From Fibrobacteria bacterium (lineage in GTDB: Bacteria > Fibrobacterota > Fibrobacteria > UBA11236), in the NCBI GenBank assembly GCA_043745805.1, contig JAYTSD010000031.1:82731-146730 (forward strand): DNA of 64,000 nucleotides, read 5' to 3'. The translations under genes were made by a program, and so were the position numbers. Of the stretch, positions 1 to 8,966 are shown in pieces. The notes beneath the pieces are model-generated. The model worked only from the letters and a program-made list of their open reading frames with translations. It had not been told where the DNA came from and did no database searches. Positions within the stretch are counted from its first letter, which is position 1, and each line of letters opens with the position of its first letter.

Positions 1-46
1 GTATCAGGTCGGTTACCTGAGTATCACAATTAATGGAGATAAAATC

Positions 47-421
47 ATGAGTTCAAAAATTACAAGATCCTTAGCATGCGATTTAAAGCAGGACGAATTA
101 CTCACAAAGGGTGATGAGTTATCGACTATTTGCCAAGAAATTAACGAGTTGGAGTATAAAAAATCCGCTCAAGCCAAAAGATTAAAAGAAGAGATTGATG
201 TACTCGAGGAAAAGAGATACAAGCTTGCTGGTATTGTTAAATCTCGTCAGGAATATCGCGATGTAGAGTGCCAAGAAAAGTTTGATTATGTTCGCCGTGA
301 AGTTGTAACCATACGATTAGACACCGGTGAAATTGTTGCAAGCCGCGCTATGGACTTACACGAATATCAAATTGAAATGGATTTGCATGAAAATCCTGCT
401 GAAAGCCTTGCAAACGGATAA
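47..421 (+). CDS. Phage hypothetical protein (coiled-coil N-terminal half)
   Basis: 124-aa ORF with GGAG RBS, upstream of the replication initiator. Confidence 0.75.
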   Translation: MSSKITRSLACDLKQDELLTKGDELSTICQEINELEYKKSAQAKRLKEEIDVLEEKRYKLAGIVKSRQEYRDVECQEKFDYVRREVVTIRLDTGEIVASRAMDLHEYQIEMDLHENPAESLANG

Positions 422-501
422 AAAAAATTTGCCTATTTGGTAACCTCAAAGTTACCAATCTTTTAAAAACATTCAAACATAGAGTAATAAAACAGGAAAA
501 A

Positions 502-1362
502 ATGGCAAAGAGATTTACTGATTCTGAGAAATGGAAAAAGCCATGGTTCAGGAAACTAAAACCCTTATATAAGGCGTTCTGGGAATACTTGCGTGATAAC
601 TGTGATCATGCTGGTATTTGGCAAGTTGATTTTGAGCTGGCCGCCTATTGCATAGGTGAGGATGTTGACCAAGCCGAAGCGATGCAATTGTTTGAAAAAC
701 AATTCATTCCATTTGCTGGCGGCAAGCGTTGGTTAATAATCGATTTCGTTGAATATCAGTACGGCGGATTAGTTGCAAATAATAATGCCCACATTTCGGT
801 AATAAATATTTTGAAAAAGAATGGTGTTTGGGAATTATTTGTTGATAGAAATAAAAATCAACCAGAAAATCCAGCCCCTTGTGAGGGGCTGGCCAGCCCC
901 TCACAAGGGTACCAAGATAAGGATAAGGATAAGGTTAAAGATCAAGATAAGGATCAAGACAATAACGCGTTGATGAAAAAAGAATTTTGTTTGGCTCTTG
1001 AATCCTATTCCGGAGAACGTCGCGACCCCGAAACGGAATGGACCGCTTTCCAAAAAAAATTCGGAAATGAAATCGAATCGATTATTCCCGCGCTAATCGG
1101 TGGAATCGAAAAAATGAAGGCACAAAAAACAATCCATTCGAACCAAACTGGAAAGCCGCCGATTTGGATGAAGTTTGAAAACTGGCTTGATGGCCGATAC
1201 TGGACAACTGTTTATCCCGTCGCTACGACCGCAAAAACAGACTCAAAACCGTCTAACTGGTTTAGGCCAGTACCAGAGTTACCCCTTGATCAAAAAATGG
1301 ATTCAGGGGAGGTTATGGAGCTTCTTACAAGCAGCTTGAAAAATGGCGGGATCGAAATATGA
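502..1362 (+). CDS. Phage replication initiator / replisome organiser
   Basis: N-terminus MAKRFTDSEKWKKPWFRKL; central DKDKDK low-complexity linker; C-terminal 'W..F..WL...YW' motif typical of lambdoid-type initiators. Confidence 0.75.
   Translation: MAKRFTDSEKWKKPWFRKLKPLYKAFWEYLRDNCDHAGIWQVDFELAAYCIGEDVDQAEAMQLFEKQFIPFAGGKRWLIIDFVEYQYGGLVANNNAHISVINILKKNGVWELFVDRNKNQPENPAPCEGLASPSQGYQDKDKDKVKDQDKDQDNNALMKKEFCLALESYSGERRDPETEWTAFQKKFGNEIESIIPALIGGIEKMKAQKTIHSNQTGKPPIWMKFENWLDGRYWTTVYPVATTAKTDSKPSNWFRPVPELPLDQKMDSGEVMELLTSSLKNGGIEI
871..960. repeat. Perfect 34-bp palindrome (876-909) plus (a/g)gataa-type short repeats inside the initiator gene; candidate replication origin
   Basis: cccttgtgaggggctgg|ccagcccctcacaaggg is self-complementary. 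A nested hairpin ccagcccct-tgtg-aggggctgg lies at 871-892, followed by gataag/gatcaa repeats. Confidence 0.7.
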
Positions 1363-1643
1363 ACGATAGGCCGTTGATAAAGTACAAGATGCGCGTGACG
1401 GTAGTGAACCCAATCTTTTGGAGATACAAGGGAACAGAAATTCATTTGCCGATCGGAATAGGTGCAACGATAGTCATGCGGTTTTGTAAGCAACGCGGAA
1501 TAGGTTTGGACGTTGACGGCATGCGCCACCCAGACGAAGGTAGCTTTCCGATGAGCGAAACATTTGTTGACCGGCCATTGCCTGCGCGTCTCGAACTCGA
1601 ATCTATGGAAAAATATTGGAGGCGTAGTGAAAAAAGCAACTAA
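1359..1643 (+). CDS. Phage hypothetical protein
   Basis: 94-aa ORF with ATGA overlap on the initiator stop. Confidence 0.6.
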   Translation: MNDRPLIKYKMRVTVVNPIFWRYKGTEIHLPIGIGATIVMRFCKQRGIGLDVDGMRHPDEGSFPMSETFVDRPLPARLELESMEKYWRRSEKSN

Positions 1644-1749
1644 GGCACTGCCATTTATAAAATGGGTAGGTGGTAAAACACGGATGTTACCCGATCAGGT
1701 TCGGTTAATTCATCGACCGATAAGCGTGGGCGCGTCGGCGAAATCATAG
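1627..1749 (+). pseudogene. Truncated Dam-like (D12 class) DNA adenine methyltransferase remnant
   Basis: Encodes PFIKWVGGKTRMLP, the N-terminal motif of Dam-family MTases, but stops after ~40 codons with no DPPY. Confidence 0.6.
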
Positions 1750-1773
1750 TCACAAATTATTAGGACTAAAAAA

Positions 1774-2196
1774 ATGCCTATAAGTAAAGAAATGAAAAAA
1801 CTTTATCCACCTAATTGGAAAGAAATAGTTTCCGAGGTGCGTGAACGTGACGGTAACAAATGTGTGTTTTGTGGATTGGCAAATGGACTATGGGGATTAA
1901 GAGATTTAACGGGAAAATTTTGGGAGTACGAAGAATTTTGTAACGGAGATGTGCCGGATGATATTGAATTTGAAAAAGAAGGAGATGAGTTAAATACAGC
2001 TTTTAAAATCGTGCTTACAACAATGTATTTAGATCATGATCCGACAAATAACGGTGCCCCAAGTAACAGGCCGAACTTAAAAAGCGCATGCCAAAAATGC
2101 CATTTAGATTATGACAGGCCAATACATTTAGAACATGCGCGCATTACACGAGAAAAGAAAAAAGGCCAAACAAATTTATTAGAAAGCGGTGTTTAG
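1774..2196 (+). CDS. HNH endonuclease-like protein
   Basis: RERDGNKCVFCG ... LDHDPTNN ... NLKSACQKCHLDYD motifs. Confidence 0.8.
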   Translation: MPISKEMKKLYPPNWKEIVSEVRERDGNKCVFCGLANGLWGLRDLTGKFWEYEEFCNGDVPDDIEFEKEGDELNTAFKIVLTTMYLDHDPTNNGAPSNRPNLKSACQKCHLDYDRPIHLEHARITREKKKGQTNLLESGV

Positions 2197-2267
2197 ATGG
2201 CGAGTCAATTGATATGGGAAACACTAAAGGAATGGTTTAAGGGACTGTTTCGGAGCAGGGTGGATAA

Positions 2268-2504
2268 TTGAATAAAATAAAGGTAGGGGATTGGGCTTAC
2301 TGTGAAGAGGATGACGTCTTCTTCAAGGTTTGGGGTTTGGCAATAGGTTACTTCAAAGATAAAAATGGAAAGATTCACTTTAAAAATAAATGCGTCCCAG
2401 CTGTTCCGAAGTTTTCAAAAGGAATGAATTTTCAGGTAACATTTTCGTTATCGTCAAAATTAGATGGATTAAAATTTTTTAAAGAGATGGCACAAAATGG
2501 ATAA
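2268..2504 (+). CDS. Phage hypothetical protein
   Basis: 78-aa ORF in a tightly packed operon (TTG start). Confidence 0.55.
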   Translation: MNKIKVGDWAYCEEDDVFFKVWGLAIGYFKDKNGKIHFKNKCVPAVPKFSKGMNFQVTFSLSSKLDGLKFFKEMAQNG

Positions 2505-2673
2505 AGAATTAACTCTCGAATCTCGCCTAACCTTCGGTAAATACCAAGGAACAAAACTAATCGCGATCATAATGAATGATCCAAGTTACGTCACTTGGCT
2601 GTTAGAAAACACAAATACCCAACTAGATAATATTGCATTCGATAAGTACCAGAAAATTATAGGAGATAAGTAA
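2497..2673 (+). CDS. Small FGKY-motif protein (DUF3820/exonuclease X C-terminal-like); not in ORF track
   Basis: Manual translation, 58 aa: MDKELTLESRLTFGKYQGTKLIAIIMNDPSYVTWLLEN...; fills the gap exactly. Confidence 0.7.
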   Translation: MDKELTLESRLTFGKYQGTKLIAIIMNDPSYVTWLLENTNTQLDNIAFDKYQKIIGDK

Positions 2674-2674
2674 A

Positions 2675-3088
2675 ATGCAAATCACAGTAATACGCACGCG
2701 TTACACAGAAAAAAGCACAAGTGGGATTATGCTTGTGAATGATATTTATTTTGGCTTCACTCTTGAAGACAGGTTAAGAAACGGCCCAAAGATTCCGAAT
2801 GAAACTTGCATTGCGGCTGGTGAATACGATTTAATTGTCTCACATTCGACGCGATTCAACAGGGATTTGCCAGAAATTTTAAAAGTCGCAAACTTTACAG
2901 GTGTCCGCATTCATGGCGGTAATACCGACAAAGACACCGAAGGTTGCATTCTCGTGGCCGCAAATAGAATCAACGATGATTTGATTCAGGGAAGTAAATC
3001 CGAGGCGCTTGTGACACTGCTTAAGGATAAAAACGAGCCTCACAAAATCTGTATTGTAAACGCGTGGCTGAGTAACATGAAAGGTTAA
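2675..3088 (+). CDS. DUF5675-family protein (L,D-peptidase-like; candidate endolysin)
   Basis: TLED...ETCIAAGEY...F.GVRIHGGN...DTEGCILV signature with His/Cys. Confidence 0.8.
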   Translation: MQITVIRTRYTEKSTSGIMLVNDIYFGFTLEDRLRNGPKIPNETCIAAGEYDLIVSHSTRFNRDLPEILKVANFTGVRIHGGNTDKDTEGCILVAANRINDDLIQGSKSEALVTLLKDKNEPHKICIVNAWLSNMKG

Positions 3089-3091
3089 GAA

Positions 3092-3337
3092 ATGATAAAC
3101 AAAAATTGGAAATTAAAAGATTTAAGAATCGATCTCCGAACTTATGGACCAGACGAGGGTAAATATTTAGGAAGAATCGTTTTTACTAATGGAGAAACCG
3201 AAGAATTTACCTTTGGTCTCAAACCTGAACAAACCCAAGCCTACATCGATTTAATCGCCAAGGAATTAGTTGTATCTCTTGGCTTACTTCCGAAGCAAAA
3301 TATTTTAATAGAAACGAAAAGCGATGATCCTTTCTAA
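3092..3337 (+). CDS. Phage hypothetical protein
   Basis: 81-aa ORF in operon. Confidence 0.6.
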   Translation: MINKNWKLKDLRIDLRTYGPDEGKYLGRIVFTNGETEEFTFGLKPEQTQAYIDLIAKELVVSLGLLPKQNILIETKSDDPF

Positions 3338-3968
3338 ACCAATCAACGATCCCCTTGCAGTCCGATCCCTGCGCCTTGTCGAAAGAAAGCTTGAGGGAAT
3401 TTATTCTGAAGAATCGCGATTCATTATTAAGAGCGTAAAGAAACTTGCCGACAAGGCCCAAGTATCAGCCCAAATAAACAACCGCAAGCGCATGGTTCGC
3501 AAAGCTTTGAAAGTTGAGGGTCTAATCCCTTTCGCAGATTGGTACAAGGAAGCGGATCGGGTATTTGCGCTATACATTCGCTGGCGTGATACCGGCAAGC
3601 CATTGCCATTTGATAGCGGTTACGGCCAGTGCATAACTTGCGATAAATACTTACCATATCACCAATTGGAAAACGGCCACTTCATCCGCCGCCGCCATTG
3701 GGGGACTCGTTACGACGAAAAGAATTGTCACGCCCAATGTGCCCATTGCAATAACCAGCTTGGCGGCAATGAAATTATTTACAAGGAAAAGGTGATAGCC
3801 AAGTACGGCCAAAGCGCTTGCGACATTCTCTACTATGCGAAGAAATTCAAATCTAAGAAGCCAACGGATTACTTTTTCCAAATCATAATTTTCAAGTACC
3901 AGCCTTATCTCCCAATTGATTTAAAGTCACACCAAAAATTTTTCGAAAGAATAGGTAATAAGTGCTAA
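3324..3968 (+). CDS. ninG: NinG/Rap-like recombination endonuclease
   Basis: FALYIRWRD...CITC...GHFIRR...RYDEKNCHAQCAHCN motifs. Confidence 0.85.
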   Translation: MILSKPINDPLAVRSLRLVERKLEGIYSEESRFIIKSVKKLADKAQVSAQINNRKRMVRKALKVEGLIPFADWYKEADRVFALYIRWRDTGKPLPFDSGYGQCITCDKYLPYHQLENGHFIRRRHWGTRYDEKNCHAQCAHCNNQLGGNEIIYKEKVIAKYGQSACDILYYAKKFKSKKPTDYFFQIIIFKYQPYLPIDLKSHQKFFERIGNKC

Positions 3969-4780
3969 ACTTTTTTTCTACTCAAGAATTTATTAAAATG
4001 AATCTTGAATACAATTCAAATACCCCATTCCCTAACATTGTTATAGATAGGGTATTTGACCATTTTTTTCTTTCCGATTTGAAAAATTCATTTCCTAAAG
4101 AAAATCACCACTCTTGGAAAAATTATACCCAATCAGATCAAGTTAAATTTTTTATAAACAGTGACGAGCATCTTCCAGAGGATTTTCGCAACCTATTATT
4201 CATGTTCAACTCTTCCACGATGATAAATTTTCTTGAGAAGGTGACCGGCATAAAAGGTCTTATTCCAGATCCTCACTTTGATGCGGCTGGCCCACATCTT
4301 ATAAAAAACGGAGGCCACTTAAACCTTCATACCGATTATAATTTCAATAAAAAACTTAACCTCGATAGAAGATTAAACGCCATCCTCTATTTAAATGACG
4401 ATTACCAAGAGGATTTTAACGGTCACTTAGAGCTATGGGATTATAAAAACGAATACGGAATAATAAAACCAAAATCATTGGTGAAAAAAATATCCCCAAT
4501 TTATGGACGATTGGTAATATTCAACACAACGGATTTTACATTTCACGGCCATCCCGATCCATTCCAAGGTAAATATCGAAAATCAATCGCTATGTATTAT
4601 TTCACCAATGGAAGGCCAAAGGGTGAAACATGGGTACCAAGAGGCGGCCAACATACGTTATTCGAGCCAAGACCAAACTCAAAAGATGAAAGATCCAATA
4701 AGATTATAAAGTGGATTCTGAGGCATCCATTTATTTATAAACTAATAAGGAGTTTTAAAAAAAGAGATGAACGAAATTGA
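3962..4780 (+). CDS. 2OG-Fe(II) oxygenase (prolyl-hydroxylase-like)
   Basis: PFPNIVID, HxD (LHTD), RRLNAILYLN, distal His (FHGH) and RKSIAMYY. Confidence 0.88.
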   Translation: MLNFFSTQEFIKMNLEYNSNTPFPNIVIDRVFDHFFLSDLKNSFPKENHHSWKNYTQSDQVKFFINSDEHLPEDFRNLLFMFNSSTMINFLEKVTGIKGLIPDPHFDAAGPHLIKNGGHLNLHTDYNFNKKLNLDRRLNAILYLNDDYQEDFNGHLELWDYKNEYGIIKPKSLVKKISPIYGRLVIFNTTDFTFHGHPDPFQGKYRKSIAMYYFTNGRPKGETWVPRGGQHTLFEPRPNSKDERSNKIIKWILRHPFIYKLIRSFKKRDERN

Positions 4781-4937
4781 CGTTATAGAAATACCCGAAC
4801 ATCAATTGAACTGTGATCACGATTTTAAATGGAAGTCGGCTTTTGATCCGATGGTTTGCATTAAGTGTGATTTGCGATTAGATCAGCATACGGCAAATAT
4901 TTTAAAATATGGGGAAAGAGCTTTTAAACGTGAATAA
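4767..4937 (+). CDS. Small zinc-finger-like protein; not in ORF track
   Basis: Manual translation, 56 aa, with CDH...CIKC; ends at the terminator hairpin. Confidence 0.55.
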   Translation: MNEIDVIEIPEHQLNCDHDFKWKSAFDPMVCIKCDLRLDQHTANILKYGERAFKRE

Positions 4938-4965
4938 AATTTCCCGTCGATAAAACGGGAAATTT
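4937..4965. terminator. Bidirectional hairpin between convergent early and late operons
   Basis: aaatttcccgt-cgataaa-acgggaaattt, an 11-bp perfect stem. Confidence 0.75.
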
Positions 4966-4972
4966 AGATTGA

Positions 4973-5131
4973 TCACTCTCCTTTCTTTCTTTCGTCGGAT
5001 TGTGCGTGCCCTAAAGCACCTGTTATAATTCCGGCACCAATTGGTATCAATGCACCAGAAGCGGGCGTAAAAGCCCCGCCAATGGCCACAGCGGAACCGA
5101 TAAGCATTGCGGCTATATGTTTCCAAGTCAT
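4973..5131 (-). CDS. Small membrane protein, holin candidate; not in ORF track
   Basis: Manual translation MTWKHIAAMLIGSAVAIGGAFTPASGALIPIGAGIITGALGHAQSDERKKGE: two hydrophobic segments and a charged tail, purine-rich RBS, last gene of the late operon. Confidence 0.6.
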   Translation of the reverse strand: MTWKHIAAMLIGSAVAIGGAFTPASGALIPIGAGIITGALGHAQSDERKKGE

Positions 5132-5170
5132 AATTTCCCTTTCTCCCGTTTTTATAGTGTACAGGTCACT

Positions 5171-5557
5171 TTATTGAATAACTCTTTTTCGGGTAACATT
5201 TATGCTACTGGCTGTTGTTCCTGTGGATTTAATCCCTTTAAATAATGGAGCGTCGTGCCATCCTCCTGCTGCAACGGATGGCATTAACCATGTGGTACCA
5301 TTATCCAAAAGTAAAACAACATCACCCGAAACACCGACCATTATTTTATCTGGCATAGAAAGATCCGCTAATAAAGCATTGATGTCATTCGCATCGGATT
5401 TTGTTACCAGTTTCGGAACAAGTAATTTTACCATTTCATCTTCCTCAAAATAATTAAAGAAAAAACTAAATATCGCGGTGATAACGGAGTCCAAGCCGTT
5501 TTTGGGAAAGAATCTCGGAGCATAATACCGCGTTGGGAAATATCGGTTACAAAACAT
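5171..5557 (-). CDS. Virion protein; C-terminal part resembles head-spike base protein (RcGTA Rcc01079-like)
   Basis: VTKSD...IMVGVSGDV...VAAGGW...IKSTGTTAS pattern; second in-frame ATG at 5434 with GAGG RBS. Confidence 0.6.
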   Translation of the reverse strand: MFCNRYFPTRYYAPRFFPKNGLDSVITAIFSFFFNYFEEDEMVKLLVPKLVTKSDANDINALLADLSMPDKIMVGVSGDVVLLLDNGTTWLMPSVAAGGWHDAPLFKGIKSTGTTASSINVTRKRVIQ

Positions 5558-5560
5558 TGG

Positions 5561-6757
5561 CTAAGTCTCATCTAGGGTTATGGCCGATCTGTTACCATTT
5601 GAATCAACGGTGGCTGTAATACGTGTTTTTGTGTTATCAATATCTTTTATGACAACTGTTGTAGTTGCTGCGCCAGATAATACACTTGCTAATGCGGATG
5701 CAAATAATCGCATATAACCAACGGCTGTATGGGCACCCTCGATTACATAAGCCCAAATAGCGGTTATTCCAGAGGCAGAAAGAGCATATCCAGTTTTATC
5801 ATTATTCGTCGTTAAATTTGTGGCCGTGGTTACAAGCGGGATTGTGATATTTGTTAAAGTAGTTGCGCCCGTAGCGTTTTTAACATTATTGAAGTCTAAA
5901 CCACCTTCACCTGTAGCCGAGACATCGAAAGTGTTAGCTGGGGTAGTGGATCGGACTAATTTAGCATTACCGAAACTAGCATCATTCACAATTGTATAAG
6001 AATCACCCGTTTGAGTCGTTCCTATGACCCAATCAGCCAATTTTTTACCAATGCTTCCAGCGGTTGTCAGGTTTGCCGTCAACGCATCCCAAATAGCTTG
6101 TATCGCGGCGGCACTCAAGCCGTGGCCGGTTTTATCCGCAACGGTTACAGCATTAACCCCTAATTGCGCGAGAGAGGTGTTAACAACGGCGTTCGCAATA
6201 TTTTTTATATTAACATCCAATATGCCGGCTGTTGCAGGTGTCGAAATTGCCGTTCCCAGTATTTTGCTTATATCCCTACGTCCACTCGCATCAATCGAAT
6301 CCAAATTCCAATTTGTGGGTGGAGCAATACCATTAACTCCGGTCATAAATGTAGCCGCCGATTGCACGTCCACGCGCGTCAATTCGATCTCGTAATCTTG
6401 GGTGAGCAAATTTGTTACACCGGATACGGTTACCACCAAAACCTTTGAGCTTGCCACGGAAAAACGCGCGTCTGCAAACTGAAATTCGTAGAGGCCCGGG
6501 TGGTTTGTACTATCCACTTCTTTAAAGCGGCACTTGGTGGCCGTAGGAGCGGCAAATGTTCCGAGCGTAGTAATGGTTTCAATAGTTGAACCTGCGGCCG
6601 CGTACACCGTAGGCGTCACCTCATTATCAGCAATTGTTGAAATAATTAAGCCAGTACTGTTAAAAGCTCCACCCGTAACCCCTTGGCCGGTCGTGGAGTT
6701 CTTCAGCGCAAATCTGATGACGTTGCTTGTATTCGCAAATTTTATCAACTTTGACAT
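5561..6757 (-). CDS. Putative fibre/virion structural protein
   Basis: 398 aa, T/A/G/S-rich; repeated 'DKTG..LSA..I.AIW'; C-terminal TRITATVDSNGNRS motif seen in phage fibre-region proteins. Confidence 0.65.
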   Translation of the reverse strand: MSKLIKFANTSNVIRFALKNSTTGQGVTGGAFNSTGLIISTIADNEVTPTVYAAAGSTIETITTLGTFAAPTATKCRFKEVDSTNHPGLYEFQFADARFSVASSKVLVVTVSGVTNLLTQDYEIELTRVDVQSAATFMTGVNGIAPPTNWNLDSIDASGRRDISKILGTAISTPATAGILDVNIKNIANAVVNTSLAQLGVNAVTVADKTGHGLSAAAIQAIWDALTANLTTAGSIGKKLADWVIGTTQTGDSYTIVNDASFGNAKLVRSTTPANTFDVSATGEGGLDFNNVKNATGATTLTNITIPLVTTATNLTTNNDKTGYALSASGITAIWAYVIEGAHTAVGYMRLFASALASVLSGAATTTVVIKDIDNTKTRITATVDSNGNRSAITLDET

Positions 6758-7863
6758 TAGTTACACATCCCCCCGCGCATGTTACCCAATGCAAAAGCAC
6801 CAGATGGCGCTGTTATATCACCAAAAATTATTTCTAAAGGCACGCGTCTTGTTGCATCATCGGTCCACGCACCAGCATCGGTGCGAGTGGACAGTGTGCA
6901 AAGTTCCATACCATCGAGAGCCAACTCTTCGCTCGACGAATTAAAATCCATTGTTAATACGGCCCAGTTGGACACCGTATTCTGTGCCTGAAACCCGATC
7001 CGGAAATCCCCGCCAGCACTTAAAATAGATAGCGTGGCTTCGGTGAAAAAAATCTCAAAACTTCTGTGCAGCGAGCTTACTTGTGTATTTAGGTCAGAGG
7101 GCAGGGTAATCGTTTGTAAAACAGTGGTTCCGGTATAAAGCTGAACTTTGATGGTTTTACCAGAGGCAGCAGTTCTGCCAAACCACCTAACCCCACGAAT
7201 CGTATTCGAATTCCACCACGTAGCAGGGAAATTAAATTTCGCGGCATACTCATCAGGGGTTGAGTCCGAGCTATACTGAGTCTGAGTAGTAGATTTTAAA
7301 GGGAATCCGTAAACTTGACCGGCACTAGCATAACCGTAAACCGGAGAATTTTCAATTTTTGTTCTTACACCTGCATTGTTTTGGATAACATACGGAATGG
7401 TAACGCGTTGATTTAGTTGAGATATATCCGTTGCAAAAGTTGAAGAGTTTCCGGCAGCAATCGTTCCCGAGCTATAATCAATTACAATTGATAATAGCTC
7501 TCCACGAGTACAGGTATACGCATTGGCAAGGGTTATCCATTGCCAAGTCCCATCCCACGATGTATCGGCGGGCGGCGTAAAGGTTTGTGATGCTGGTGTA
7601 CCACCACCCTTTACAGTTCCATCCGAAAACCCATTTCCTACGCCGACATCTACCCCTTGAAAACTGATTCTGTATGTTGGAGGCGTTCCGGCTCGGACGC
7701 CATACGTAAAACCGAGTTTTGTAATTGTGGCGGCCTCTTTGGCTTGGATTATCCATTCAATTTTATCGGTCGTGGCATCTAAAATAAAAGTGCTAAGAGC
7801 GGCGTTATTTGTAACCGACGCAGGAAATCCGAGATTAAGTCTGAGCGACTTTGCATCAGACAT
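6757..7863 (-). CDS. Putative virion structural protein (two beta-sandwich-like repeats)
   Basis: 368 aa, beta-rich composition, in the fibre region of the late operon. Confidence 0.6.
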   Translation of the reverse strand: MSDAKSLRLNLGFPASVTNNAALSTFILDATTDKIEWIIQAKEAATITKLGFTYGVRAGTPPTYRISFQGVDVGVGNGFSDGTVKGGGTPASQTFTPPADTSWDGTWQWITLANAYTCTRGELLSIVIDYSSGTIAAGNSSTFATDISQLNQRVTIPYVIQNNAGVRTKIENSPVYGYASAGQVYGFPLKSTTQTQYSSDSTPDEYAAKFNFPATWWNSNTIRGVRWFGRTAASGKTIKVQLYTGTTVLQTITLPSDLNTQVSSLHRSFEIFFTEATLSILSAGGDFRIGFQAQNTVSNWAVLTMDFNSSSEELALDGMELCTLSTRTDAGAWTDDATRRVPLEIIFGDITAPSGAFALGNMRGGMCN

Positions 7864-8149
7864 TTTTCAACCCATCCAACAGTGGCGCTTCAAGAGCCGC
7901 CGCTTTAATAGAATTTTGAAATACATCGATCTGCTTCACTTCGTCTTTGGCAAATGTTTTTAATGTCGCGTCTAAGTTGAACGCATTGGCTAAAAGGATT
8001 TTTTTGGCTAATTCTTGATCTTCGTCTAAGCTTTTTTTAATGTCGGAAATTTCCGACAGCGTCAGGATCATACCCTGTTTATTGCTAAACAGAACATGGT
8101 ATAAATCACCCTTCATCGGTTGAATATCACTAATAGCCAAGGAAAACAT
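7856..8149 (-). CDS. Phage hypothetical protein
   Basis: 97-aa ORF coupled to neighbours. Confidence 0.6.
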   Translation of the reverse strand: MFSLAISDIQPMKGDLYHVLFSNKQGMILTLSEISDIKKSLDEDQELAKKILLANAFNLDATLKTFAKDEVKQIDVFQNSIKAAALEAPLLDGLKNV

Positions 8150-8460
8150 TATTTTTTTTCCTTGATTAAATATTTTTTTACATCCTCAAATATTACCTTA
8201 TGGTAACCATCTATCTCTAAATGATAGCGCCAATGGCTGTGTATTAAATGCCAATCAAAACGCATTCCATCGAGTTCTTTTTTTGCCTTTGTTGGGCTAA
8301 TGTCCGTAATGTATAAGCATCCGGATTTTAATTTTTCTATCTCGAAAGTAGGTTTGTATTTTGTCCCACCTTCTTCGATTTTCCCGAAACCATAATCGAG
8401 AAAAACCTCTACAAAAGCACCGCTAGGCCGGCCATTTATCAACCTTCTTAGGATATTCAA
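8149..8460 (-). CDS. Phage hypothetical protein
   Basis: 103-aa ORF coupled to neighbours (TTG start). Confidence 0.55.
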   Translation of the reverse strand: MNILRRLINGRPSGAFVEVFLDYGFGKIEEGGTKYKPTFEIEKLKSGCLYITDISPTKAKKELDGMRFDWHLIHSHWRYHLEIDGYHKVIFEDVKKYLIKEKK

Positions 8461-8966
8461 TTTATACCACCAGGGTTATAAATCGTCCGCATTTGGAGGC
8501 TTCTAATAAAAGCTGTATCGCCTGCATTGGTTCCCGCTGCTGATTTAATAATCAGCCTCAAAGAGTCGCAATTCATGGCCCGCCCTTGATAGATTCCTGG
8601 CAAGGTGTCCCTTAAGGTAGTAGCAGATTTAGTAATCAAAAAATCAGTAGTCCTTTGATACTGACCCGTATCAGCCCATGCGTTTATTCGCTTGTCATAG
8701 CACAAAAACCTTACAGAGAATTGGCCGGAATCATCGCCATTACTACCATGGGTCCAAGACATAATAAACTCACTGTTACCCTGTCCAAAAGGGAAGGCTT
8801 TAGAGGTGTCAGCCGTACCGACGGATTTATAAGTGGGCACAGCGTAACCCGTAGTGTCAACATATATTGTAGCGCCTTTAAGCCCCCACTTAAGCTTGCC
8901 GTAACTATTCCTTATCTGTGCTTGGCCGCATACTGCCAGCGTTAAGATTAAAATTAAAAATTTCAT
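8457..8966 (-). CDS. Sec signal-peptide protein in the virion operon
   Basis: MKFLILILTLAVCGQA|Q signal peptide; beta-rich; 7 D-[S/T] dipeptides in 169 aa. Confidence 0.75.
   Translation of the reverse strand: MKFLILILTLAVCGQAQIRNSYGKLKWGLKGATIYVDTTGYAVPTYKSVGTADTSKAFPFGQGNSEFIMSWTHGSNGDDSGQFSVRFLCYDKRINAWADTGQYQRTTDFLITKSATTLRDTLPGIYQGRAMNCDSLRLIIKSAAGTNAGDTAFIRSLQMRTIYNPGGIN

Noticed and set aside
4902-5126. Track ORF 4902..5126(-)
   Set aside because: Runs through the terminator hairpin; the overlapping frame 4973..5131 has an ATG, an RBS and a coherent membrane-protein sequence.
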